Shown here piece by piece: positions 30,157-39,160 of a stretch of DNA of 45,412 bases; the stretch's first letter is position 1; every line of letters starts with the position of its first letter. A program made the translations under genes and the position numbers. The notes beneath the pieces are model-generated. The model had not been told where the DNA came from. It saw only the letters and a program-made list of their open reading frames with translations, and did not search any database. Location of the stretch: positions 6,621-52,032 of the forward strand of contig CAYTLJ010000003.1 of NCBI GenBank assembly GCA_964438555.1, written 5' to 3'. Source of the DNA: an uncultured Algimonas sp. (GTDB lineage: Bacteria; Pseudomonadota; Alphaproteobacteria; Caulobacterales; Maricaulaceae).

Positions 30157-30705
30157 CTACTTTGTCTTTTTCGAAGATGGAACAGTTCGTTGTGTTGTCA
30201 TCTTTTTCTTTGACGGTGTTTTGGCTGTTTTTGCTTTTGATGGTTTTTTGGCCGCCGTTGTTTTTGAACGCGTTGAGCGCGTTTTAGTCGGTGTGGTCCC
30301 TACCCCATCAAGTTTGGCTAATATCAGTTCTAATTTAGCTTCTATCGCATCTACACGTTCAGCAAGGTGATGCTCGCTATTGGATTGACCTTTTCCAGAT
30401 AAGCGCGCACGCATTTTAGCGATCCGGTCATCAATATCCAAATCGGGCTTGATATCACTTACGGCAGATTTTCCTTTTCCAATAAACTCCTCGGCTTTAT
30501 ATTTTCCGACCGCCTCGAGCACCTGTCCTTTTTGAACAAGCTCGTCAAAAACGGCAGATGACTTGCCTGTTAAACTATCAACAGCACCCTTAGCTTCGCT
30601 AAAGGCACGGCCATAGGCGCCTATGCCCGCTAGCCATATTTTTCGGACCATATCCTTTTCATCAGTCGAAGCTTCGGATGTGTCTTTTGTGGGCTTTTTG
30701 GCCAT
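30157..30705 (-). CDS. PhaF/PhaI-family phasin with a Lys/Ala/Thr-rich tail
   Basis: RKIWLAGIGAYGRA, FDELV.KG, a coiled-coil segment and a basic tail TTAAKKPSKAKTAKTPSKKK (PhaF-like). Confidence 0.8.
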   Translation of the reverse strand: MAKKPTKDTSEASTDEKDMVRKIWLAGIGAYGRAFSEAKGAVDSLTGKSSAVFDELVQKGQVLEAVGKYKAEEFIGKGKSAVSDIKPDLDIDDRIAKMRARLSGKGQSNSEHHLAERVDAIEAKLELILAKLDGVGTTPTKTRSTRSKTTAAKKPSKAKTAKTPSKKKMTTQRTVPSSKKTK

Positions 30706-30708
30706 TAT

Positions 30709-31650
30709 CTAACTCGCAGCTTTAGTTTTATAATTTATATAGCTTTCTTCAACCGATGGCAATTTGACAGACTCTACATGTGGAAGCGCCATTTCCGGCT
30801 CGCCAAAAAAATCACGAATAATTTCAATCGTCTCATCACGCCGAGTAAGCAAAAAGAGATGACCTGCATCCTCCATGATTTCTAGGCGGGAGCGTTTCAA
30901 AAAATAATCAAGAATACGCCCATTTGCGACCGGTACAATGTGATCCTTCTCACCCATAATGACCAGGGTCCGCGCTCTTATCTTCCGAATAAAGGGTAAG
31001 GTTGAATAGCCCATCATGGCGGTTAATTGAAATAAATATCCCTTTAGCGAAGGCGGCATCATATTATGGGAAAACTCACCCACATTATCGGCGGCATCAC
31101 CGTAAAGTGTCTCAAAATTCTTGGCCAGAAAATCACGGTCAATATAGCGCTTAGGCGAAATCATCTTTGCAATGGCCTTGGGTTTTCCAGGCACCATTGT
31201 CACACCTGTCGTTGTCGCGCATAGCACGAGACGACGGATCATATCTTTACTTTGCCAAGCAAATTGCTGGGCCGGACCACCGCCCCAACTCACGCCTAAA
31301 ACATCGACGCGGTGATAGTTATTTTCCTTGAGGATCTGACGCGCCGCTTTTGCAATCCACCAAGGCCGGTACGGAATGGTTGGATCAGGAGACCCGCCCA
31401 CACCTGGCATATCAAAGGTAATAATATCGCGGCCTGTAAAGGTATCCGCAAAGGCTTGAGCAATCTCGAGGTTCGCGCCTATACCGTTAAAAAAGAGAAG
31501 CGGTGTGCGTTTTCCATAGCCTTTATCAATACCAGACCAAATCGCGGTCCGGAGTTTTTGATTTCCGACTTTGGAGAAAAATATACGTGGCAATGTATGA
31601 TGCTCAATCGGCTCATCATGCCCGTCTATTGCCTTTAGCGTATGCGGCAT
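30709..31650 (-). CDS. phaZ: Intracellular PHA depolymerase (Pseudomonas PhaZ type)
   Basis: PLLFFNGIGANLE, FDMPGVGGS, lipase box GVSWGG..AQQFA, MVPG.P, GY..QL, GHLFL. Confidence 0.9.
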   Translation of the reverse strand: MPHTLKAIDGHDEPIEHHTLPRIFFSKVGNQKLRTAIWSGIDKGYGKRTPLLFFNGIGANLEIAQAFADTFTGRDIITFDMPGVGGSPDPTIPYRPWWIAKAARQILKENNYHRVDVLGVSWGGGPAQQFAWQSKDMIRRLVLCATTTGVTMVPGKPKAIAKMISPKRYIDRDFLAKNFETLYGDAADNVGEFSHNMMPPSLKGYLFQLTAMMGYSTLPFIRKIRARTLVIMGEKDHIVPVANGRILDYFLKRSRLEIMEDAGHLFLLTRRDETIEIIRDFFGEPEMALPHVESVKLPSVEESYINYKTKAAS

Positions 31651-31804
31651 ATCGATCTTTCCCCGGATGTGTCCGGCGTGTTGAACGTGTGATCTTTGTC
31701 ACCCTAATCAACCTAATGTCTCTCGGCCCAAGTTTAAAGGCGCGCATCTGAACTTCGGATTAAAGCCTTTATAGAGCTTTAATGGGTCTCACAATTAAAC
31801 GCGA

Positions 31805-33484
31805 TTACGTGAAGACATATTCACCAGGGGCCTGAGATAGCGGTTTAAACGCTTTATTTCCGAGAGACTTTGGCGCATTTTTCATCTCACCAGATCGAAT
31901 AGATAGCCATTTATTCCAGCGAAGCCACCAACTCTCATTTACACTCTCAGCCGCTTCAAGCCATTTCGTTGCGCGCGGTGGATGAACGGGGTTGGTAAAA
32001 TATTGCGCTTTTGGATTTCCAGGTGGGTTTAGCAGGGATTGCAAATGGCCCGAATTTGAGAGGACGAAATCAATCTCACCGCCAAAGAGGCGAATATTGC
32101 GGTAACATGCCATCCAAGGCGTAATATGGTCTGTCACACCCGCAACCATAAAGCCGTCTTGGGTCACGGCTTCGAGATTTACAATATGGTCCATAAAGAC
32201 GACCTCTTTGTCCTTACGGAAGCGGCGATCTTGGAAAATGTCCAAATAGTCTGAGTGTAATTGCGCCGGAAGATTGGTCGTATCATTATTCCAATAAAGA
32301 ACATCAAAGGGTGGCGGATCTTGGCCTAAGAGATAATTATTGACGACATAATTCCAGATTAAATCATTGGGTCGCATCCACGCAAAGGCTCGACCTAATT
32401 CTTCTCCAGCCAAAATACCCTTTCGACGAGAATGTTTCCGCGCCGCCTCGATCGCGGCGTCATTCACAAATAGGCCGACATCACTATCGACCTTTTTCCC
32501 GTCCAGTACAGACACCATCAAAGTGTAGCAATTAATCCGGTTATCGCCGCGCGCCGCAAGCTCTGAGAGAAATAGCGCGAGTGTTATGCCGCCCGAACAA
32601 GCGCCCGTCACATTTATACGGGCCGAGCGCGTAATTTTTTTAACCGCATCACTCGCCTCAAAGAGCGCCTCAACATAAGATTCGAGGCCCCAATGGGCAT
32701 GTTGACGGGTTGGGTTTCGCCAGGATACGGCAAAAACCTGATAGCCCATTTTTGTCAAAAACCGGACCATAGATTTATTTGGCGCCAAATCTGTTGCGTA
32801 GAATTTATTGATCTGCGGCGGAACGATCATCAAAGGAATTTTATAAACCTGATCCGTTTGAGGCGTATATTGAATGACCTCGAGCATCTCATTTTGAAAA
32901 ACGACGGCTCCAGGTGAGACAGCGAGGTTTTCCCCGACTTTAAAAGGCCGGCCATCGACTTGGCTCGGCATGCCGCCATTCTTTGTCAAATCATGATAGG
33001 CATTTTGCAAACCCTTAATTACGCTTTGTCCCTTTGTGTGAACCAGCATTTTCATTGCGGTCGGGTTCCCGATCAACGTATTTGTTGGCGCCAAAGCATC
33101 GACAATCAAATCTGTTACGAATTTTGCGCGCGCCTGATCTGCAGGATGCATGCGCGAATCACTAATCCAACCATTGAGTTCTTGCTGCATTGCCAGCCAG
33201 GATTGCATAGCGCGCTTATAAAGCGGGTTTTTCTGCCAACTCTCATCTTTAAATCGACGATCTTTATGGTGCGGTGCAAGCTCCGATTTACCGCGGGCCA
33301 CATCGACCATTTCAGAGGCGTATTTTACGAGATGTTTGGCAAAGGGTTTAGGTTGTTTTGCCGCATAACCAGCCATCAGACCAAAGCTCTTAATAATCTC
33401 GGAGCGCCTAAACCCAACAAGACCATTTACGGCCGTGGTTGATTTGGCAGCTTGCTGTCCAATTTTCTCTGGTTTTTCAGCCAT
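31805..33484 (-). CDS. phaC: PHA synthase, class II-like
   Basis: 559 aa; D.RF.D..W, PPQINKFY..DL.P, SWRNP, catalytic GACSGG, WMRPNDLIWNY.VNNYL.G, DHITPW, SGH.QS.LNPPGNPK, APG.YV. GGAGG RBS. Confidence 0.95.
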   Translation of the reverse strand: MAEKPEKIGQQAAKSTTAVNGLVGFRRSEIIKSFGLMAGYAAKQPKPFAKHLVKYASEMVDVARGKSELAPHHKDRRFKDESWQKNPLYKRAMQSWLAMQQELNGWISDSRMHPADQARAKFVTDLIVDALAPTNTLIGNPTAMKMLVHTKGQSVIKGLQNAYHDLTKNGGMPSQVDGRPFKVGENLAVSPGAVVFQNEMLEVIQYTPQTDQVYKIPLMIVPPQINKFYATDLAPNKSMVRFLTKMGYQVFAVSWRNPTRQHAHWGLESYVEALFEASDAVKKITRSARINVTGACSGGITLALFLSELAARGDNRINCYTLMVSVLDGKKVDSDVGLFVNDAAIEAARKHSRRKGILAGEELGRAFAWMRPNDLIWNYVVNNYLLGQDPPPFDVLYWNNDTTNLPAQLHSDYLDIFQDRRFRKDKEVVFMDHIVNLEAVTQDGFMVAGVTDHITPWMACYRNIRLFGGEIDFVLSNSGHLQSLLNPPGNPKAQYFTNPVHPPRATKWLEAAESVNESWWLRWNKWLSIRSGEMKNAPKSLGNKAFKPLSQAPGEYVFT

Positions 33485-33557
33485 TTACACCTCCACGTCA
33501 TTATACCCTATTTTGGGTAAATCACCGACCCGCCCATGTCGAGTCTTCCAACAATTT

Positions 33558-33594
33558 AAAAAAAAGGCGTCCATCCTTTTTGGGATGAACGCCT
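33558..33594 (-). terminator. Intrinsic terminator of the upstream phasin transcript
   Basis: Minus strand GGCGTTCATCC-CAAAAA-GGATGGACGCC followed by T8. Confidence 0.85.
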
Positions 33595-33599
33595 AAAGG

Positions 33600-33677
33600 T
33601 GTTTGATTAGCCAACGAGTCTTAGAGATATATTGGGATAGACCCGGTTTTAGGGGAGAGATTTAGGCTAATCAAACA
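33600..33677. repeat. 13-bp perfect inverted repeat enclosing 52 nt in the phasin 3' UTR
   Basis: TGTTTGATTAGCC at 33600-33612 and GGCTAATCAAACA at 33665-33677. Confidence 0.85.
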
Positions 33678-33692
33678 AAGGAAATCCAGACC

Positions 33693-34175
33693 TTAGGCGG
33701 CTTTTTCCGAAACCGTTTTATCCGTCTTCATGACGTCTTTATTGATCGCTGTTGCCTTAGCCTTTGCTTTCTTAGATAGCGCCGCAATTTTCTTGTTTAA
33801 CGCAACAACTTCAGCTTCAAGTTCGACAACACGGTCATTCGCACCAAATGGTAATTTTGACGGTACAGCTTTTACTTTTGCTGTTGTGTCTTCAAATGTC
33901 TCGACAACACGCTTTTGAGCTGTCTTTGCTGTCCCGAGAGCTAATTGCTCGACCTTTTCGCCGCGCTCGACAAGATCTTCAAACAAGCCATCCGTCGTCT
34001 TAGCATAAATAGCTTTGACCTGATCCGCGCGTTTTTGGGCACGTTCTGCAGCAAAACCATATAGGCCTAGATAAGCGAGAGCGCCTTTACGCACAAATGA
34101 TGGTGTTTTCGTTTCAACCTTTTTCGCTGTCTTAGCTTTGGTTGTTTTCTTAGTCTTTGTTTTGGCAGTCGCCAT
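33693..34175 (-). CDS. Probable phasin / PHA granule-associated protein (PhaI/PhaF-related)
   Basis: Lys-rich N-terminus, RKGALAYLGLYG (resembles the RKIWLAGLG motif), LFEDLVERGE and a coiled coil. AGGAGA RBS; directly upstream of phaC. Confidence 0.7.
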   Translation of the reverse strand: MATAKTKTKKTTKAKTAKKVETKTPSFVRKGALAYLGLYGFAAERAQKRADQVKAIYAKTTDGLFEDLVERGEKVEQLALGTAKTAQKRVVETFEDTTAKVKAVPSKLPFGANDRVVELEAEVVALNKKIAALSKKAKAKATAINKDVMKTDKTVSEKAA

Positions 34176-34248
34176 GATGAAGTCTCCTTAATTGAATGAG
34201 GCTTTGAACACCTCAAAAATATGTATTGATCACCATGTAAGGGACAAA

Positions 34249-34268
34249 ATTAGAAAGCGCATCCTAAT
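34249..34268. promoter_or_regulatory. 20-bp imperfect palindrome upstream of the phasin gene, candidate TetR (PhaD) operator
   Basis: ATTAGAAAGCGCATCCTAAT; 16 of 20 positions are self-complementary. Confidence 0.45.
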
Positions 34269-34302
34269 GCATTTTGAGATAAGTTTTCGCAAATTGCTCT
34301 AA

Positions 34303-34593
34303 TTAGGATTTCTTCATCAATAATTCGATCAACTCAGAGACTTTTTGCTCTCGCTCAAGCTGATTATCACTCTTGATTGCGGCCGCTAGGCAATGGTCTG
34401 CATGATCGGATAAAAGCTCAGCCTCGACTTTCTTTAGAGCAGCCTGAACCGCTTTCACCTGGGTTAAGACATCAATACAATAACGGTCCTCGTCTATCAT
34501 ACGCGAAAGACCTCTGACCTGCCCCTCAATTCTTGCAAGTCGGCGTGTCACACCCGCACGTCTTAATTTCCTGTCTGTCATTTTCAATTTCAC
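34303..34593 (-). CDS. csoR: CsoR/RcnR-family metal-sensing repressor with a Cu(I)-type fingerprint
   Basis: RL.RIEGQVRG..RMI...RYCIDVLTQ, H-x3-C (HADHC), conserved Tyr before the Cys and a downstream Glu. The start may be the ATG at 34581. Confidence 0.88.
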   Translation of the reverse strand: MKLKMTDRKLRRAGVTRRLARIEGQVRGLSRMIDEDRYCIDVLTQVKAVQAALKKVEAELLSDHADHCLAAAIKSDNQLEREQKVSELIELLMKKS

Positions 34594-34619
34594 TCTCTTG
34601 CCAATCTCAATTGGCGCAT

Positions 34620-34636
34620 ATACCCTATGGGGGTAT
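34620..34636. promoter_or_regulatory. CsoR-family operator
   Basis: ATACCC-TATGG-GGGTAT, a C-tract/G-tract palindrome typical of CsoR sites, between csoR and the divergent operon. Confidence 0.8.
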
Positions 34637-35270
34637 GTTTAAGCTAGCCCTGATAACATGTTTTTTTATTGCAGTCTCACAATGTGCCTCCGCCAGACCC
34701 GTTTCATATGCCGGCGGCTGGACTTTAATAGAAGAAACTAATCGCCAATCTACCAGGGGTCTCATTCATTATACGCCAAATAGGTTTTATTCTCTTGGAC
34801 TAAGGGCGGATTGGGATCGCCAGGATGATATTTTCTTTGTTGGGCCGCAGGCAACCTGGCTGGCTAAGCGTTGGTTTGGCGAGGATCATCAGGCAAATCT
34901 CTATTTTTGGGGCGCAGCAGGTCTAGCAGATGAAGACGGTAGCGATGGGTCATCTTTTGGCAGCCAAATTGGAGCCATCGCCGATTGGGAAACTAGGCGG
35001 TTATTTCTCTCTTATCGCGCCTCTGCGCGCTATTATGAAGATATAGACAAGACATTTTCACAATCCTTGCGCCTCGGGGTCGCACCTTATCTGGGCGATA
35101 GCGGAGATCTTCACACATGGCTGATGGTTGAACTGGATAACCGACCTGACAATCCAGAGCCTCTCGGTATAACCCCACTCATAAGATTATTTTACAACTC
35201 CGCCCTTTTTGAAGCAGGTTGGAGCTTGACGGACAATCAACCTCTTATAAACTTTCAATATCGTTTCTGA
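34635..35270 (+). CDS. Hypothetical exported protein, probable small outer-membrane beta-barrel
   Basis: Signal peptide (ASA-RPVSYAGGWT), alternating aromatic/hydrophobic strands, C-terminal INFQYRF. Start moved to MFKLAL. Confidence 0.7.
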   Translation: MFKLALITCFFIAVSQCASARPVSYAGGWTLIEETNRQSTRGLIHYTPNRFYSLGLRADWDRQDDIFFVGPQATWLAKRWFGEDHQANLYFWGAAGLADEDGSDGSSFGSQIGAIADWETRRLFLSYRASARYYEDIDKTFSQSLRLGVAPYLGDSGDLHTWLMVELDNRPDNPEPLGITPLIRLFYNSALFEAGWSLTDNQPLINFQYRF

Positions 35271-35282
35271 ATGGAGAGCCGC

Positions 35283-35693
35283 ATGCTACGTTCCCTTTTA
35301 ATCATAGCTATGATGACGATTGCCCCAATTGCTGTCGCACAAGATCAGTCCGCGCATGGATCTGATTATAAAGCCACAACTATAGACCATGAGACAGACG
35401 CGCTTTATCTATCCGATCAACCAGAGCTCATCGCCGCCTATGAAGCTGGCGGGGACGTTATAGTGGCCAAAGTGCTGGGGGTTGTCTGCGATTTTTGTGC
35501 TCAAGCCATGAAAAAGACCTTTGGGCGTCGCGAAGACGTTGCGGCTGTATATGTCGACCTAGACGCAAAAACGCTAAATTTGGTTTTGAATCCTGGCTAT
35601 GAGATCAGCGATGACCAACTGGCCAAAGCCGTCAAAAAATCTGGTTATAAAATAAAGAATGTCCAACGAGGCGCTGCCTTAGTCCAAAATTAG
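35283..35693 (+). CDS. Exported heavy-metal-associated (HMA) domain protein
   Basis: GGAGAG RBS before the ATG at 35283, signal peptide (AVA), GVVCDFCA (CxxC), V.VDL, AV.KSGY. Confidence 0.82.
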   Translation: MLRSLLIIAMMTIAPIAVAQDQSAHGSDYKATTIDHETDALYLSDQPELIAAYEAGGDVIVAKVLGVVCDFCAQAMKKTFGRREDVAAVYVDLDAKTLNLVLNPGYEISDDQLAKAVKKSGYKIKNVQRGAALVQN

Positions 35694-35706
35694 GCTCCCA
35701 AAATTC

Positions 35707-36093
35707 ATGGTAAAGCCGATTTCAAGAAAAATTCTTCTGACACCAACCCTGTCTCTCTTTGCCAGTACGTCAACTTTGCTCTGTTGCGCGCTTCCGGCCT
35801 TACTCGTATCGATTGGTGCGGGCGCGGTCATGGCGGGTCTAAGCTCATCTATTCCGGGCTATATCTGGTTGACGGAACAAAAGCTCCCGCTCTTTATCAT
35901 ATCAGGCCTCCTTTTGAGCTTGGCCATATTTATGCGCTGGACGTCACGTCATGCCCCCTGCCCGACTGATCCAGATGCGGCAAAAGCCTGTATGCGGCTT
36001 AGATATTGGAGTGGATTTATATTAGCCCTCTCAACCATCTTATATATTGTCGGTGGTTTTTTCGCCTTTTTTGCCGCAGATTTATTCTTTTAG
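35707..36093 (+). CDS. MerT-like three-TM metal transport protein
   Basis: LLCCALPALL (vicinal Cys in TM1), a loop Cys pair CPTDPDAAKAC and three hydrophobic segments. Confidence 0.72.
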   Translation: MVKPISRKILLTPTLSLFASTSTLLCCALPALLVSIGAGAVMAGLSSSIPGYIWLTEQKLPLFIISGLLLSLAIFMRWTSRHAPCPTDPDAAKACMRLRYWSGFILALSTILYIVGGFFAFFAADLFF

Positions 36094-36127
36094 GACAAAA
36101 TATTTGTACCGAACTCTATTTCTTTCT

Positions 36128-36272
36128 GATTCGGTTGAGCTGGAATCCGATTCGCAAAATTTGATTGGAAATTCGATAAAATGAAGGAAAATTTCATAGA
36201 CTGGTAATACTTCCTAACAAAGTTGGACCGATTGTTAAGTAAGGCTAACGAAGCCTTAAAACTTATGGTTAA
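36128..36272. promoter_or_regulatory. ccrM upstream region with clustered GANTC sites and CtrA-like motifs
   Basis: GATTC at 36128, GAATC at 36143, GATTC at 36149; CTAA-N7-TTAA at 36245-36259; TTAACCAT on the minus strand at 36265-36272. Confidence 0.55.
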
Positions 36273-36347
36273 TCAACAGCTTAGAAATGGAGAGTAAGGA
36301 CTTTAGTAACCATATTTGTCGCAATAATTTCATTCAATTTCATCTGA

Positions 36348-37532
<1,185 letters not shown>

Positions 37533-37655
37533 TTTATTACTTGTGGACTTTTTTAGGTCGTTCAGCTTGCGTTTAACTCGAATTAACCATAGCCTTGATG
37601 CGGTTCGGGTTTATGTCCGAACCTCATTTCAATGGGGATTCCTTAAGGAGATATC

Positions 37656-37997
37656 ATGAGTAAACGTGACGCATTAATCGAAAAATATGCAGAAGACCTA
37701 AAAACTAAGATCGGTGTAACGCCCGATATGGACCTACTCCGCAAGGTCACAATCGGCTGTGGCCCGTCTATTTACAATAAAGACGCGTCTACCGTATCTG
37801 GATCTGACCAGTCAGAACTAGACACAGTCAAGAATAATTTCCTGATCAAGAAGTTAGGTCTTTCTGAGAGCCAAGATCTTGACGGTGCAATCGCATCTGT
37901 GATGGATAAATATGGTAAGTCTAATCGCAGTAAATATCGTGCAGTTGTCTATTACCTATTGGCCAAGCATTTTGGCAAAGAAAGCCATTACGGTTAA
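37656..37997 (+). CDS. DUF2853-family protein
   Basis: LL.KVTIGCGPSIYN.DAS.VS, EL.TVK.NFL.KKLGL, KYRAVVYYLL.KHF.KES.Y; AGGAG RBS. Confidence 0.82.
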   Translation: MSKRDALIEKYAEDLKTKIGVTPDMDLLRKVTIGCGPSIYNKDASTVSGSDQSELDTVKNNFLIKKLGLSESQDLDGAIASVMDKYGKSNRSKYRAVVYYLLAKHFGKESHYG

Positions 37998-38023
37998 GCC
38001 GCACTTTTGATGCGTGAATTCAA

Positions 38024-38051
38024 ACCGAGCCTTAGGGCTCGGTATTTTTTT
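38024..38051 (+). terminator. Intrinsic terminator
   Basis: ACCGAGCC-TTAG-GGCTCGGT followed by A and T7. Confidence 0.85.
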
Positions 38052-38053
38052 GA

Positions 38054-39106
38054 CTAAGGCTCAGACATTGCAAGCCTGACAGCCTTGCGAAACACGGTTG
38101 GCAAGGCGGACGCATCTTGGGTCCAAATTAGCGAATTTTGGTCCAGATGAGACAAATTTTCCGCCTCAACGTCGGCAAAAAACACGTCGAGGCGCAAATC
38201 AAAATGCGTAAAAATATGTTTGACCTGTCCGAGTTTTTGCCAATTTCGCGCAATCGGTGCTGCCCTATGGTCGATTGATTTATCTCCCCATTCTGATGTC
38301 GGGAGACCAAGCATACCGCCCAATAATCCCTTATCGGACCGCCTCTCGACAAGAAAATTACCGCCTGAGCGCAGGATATAAGCATAGCCATATCGAATGG
38401 GGAGTGGTGTCTTTTTTACTTTCTTCGGATAATTCGTTTGCGTGCCCTCGCAATGGGATTTGCACCACTGTGTCCAGGGGCAAGTGTCGCATTTTGGGTT
38501 TTTAACCGTACAAATCGTCGCGCCCAAATCCATAAGCGCCTGACCGTAATCACCGGGACGCTCATCTTTAACCAAGGTAGCCGCCAAGTTTCGTAAGCCC
38601 TTTTTGCCTTTTGGGAGCGGGTCTTCATATGTGAAAATGCGACTAATGACGCGTTCAACATTTCCGTCGACGATATTTGTCGGCTGATCGCCACAAATCG
38701 CGGCGATTGTTGCGGCGGTATAAGGTCCAATACCAGGCAATTTCAAAAGGCTGGCTTCATCCACTGGAAAAATGCCCTGATATTCATCTCGGACCGTAAC
38801 CGCACATTTATGTAGATTTCGCGCGCGCGCATAATATCCCAAACCCGCCCACATGGATAAGACTGTCTCTCGCTCACAATTTGCGAGATCAATTACAGTC
38901 GGAAACTCAGCCGTAAAGCGCTCCCAATAAGGCGTTGCATGGGCGAGCGTCGTTTGCTGGCTCATGATTTCTGAAAGCCAAATTTTATAAGGGTTTGGGG
39001 ACATCCCGCGAGCACGGTCTTTGGGGCGCACACGCCACGGTAACTCCCGTCCTTGCAGGTCATACCAGCGCAAAAGCGCACCATGCATAGCAGAAAAATC
39101 TTGCAT
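38054..39106 (-). CDS. mutY: A/G-specific adenine glycosylase
   Basis: LL.WYD..GR.LPWR, PY.IWLSEIM.QQT, WAGLGYYARARNLH, LPGIGPYTA, VDGNVERV, C-x6-C-x2-C-x5-C FeS motif, H.FTHF.L. Start moved to MQDFS. Confidence 0.95.
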   Translation of the reverse strand: MQDFSAMHGALLRWYDLQGRELPWRVRPKDRARGMSPNPYKIWLSEIMSQQTTLAHATPYWERFTAEFPTVIDLANCERETVLSMWAGLGYYARARNLHKCAVTVRDEYQGIFPVDEASLLKLPGIGPYTAATIAAICGDQPTNIVDGNVERVISRIFTYEDPLPKGKKGLRNLAATLVKDERPGDYGQALMDLGATICTVKNPKCDTCPWTQWCKSHCEGTQTNYPKKVKKTPLPIRYGYAYILRSGGNFLVERRSDKGLLGGMLGLPTSEWGDKSIDHRAAPIARNWQKLGQVKHIFTHFDLRLDVFFADVEAENLSHLDQNSLIWTQDASALPTVFRKAVRLAMSEP

Positions 39107-39160
39107 AAAATTCGGTCTGACCGCTTTACCCTGTCCGCGCAATAGGCATAACGGGTATAT

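Noticed and set aside
33500..33505. Perfect TATAAT (minus strand) as the phaC -10 element
   Set aside because: It lies only 5 nt from the GGAGG RBS, so the TSS would cut the SD, and no -35 is recognisable. Left unassigned.
35283..36093. Mercury resistance (mer) operon
   Set aside because: No merR, merA or merB in the window, and the regulator is CsoR-type. Reported instead as an uncharacterised metal system.
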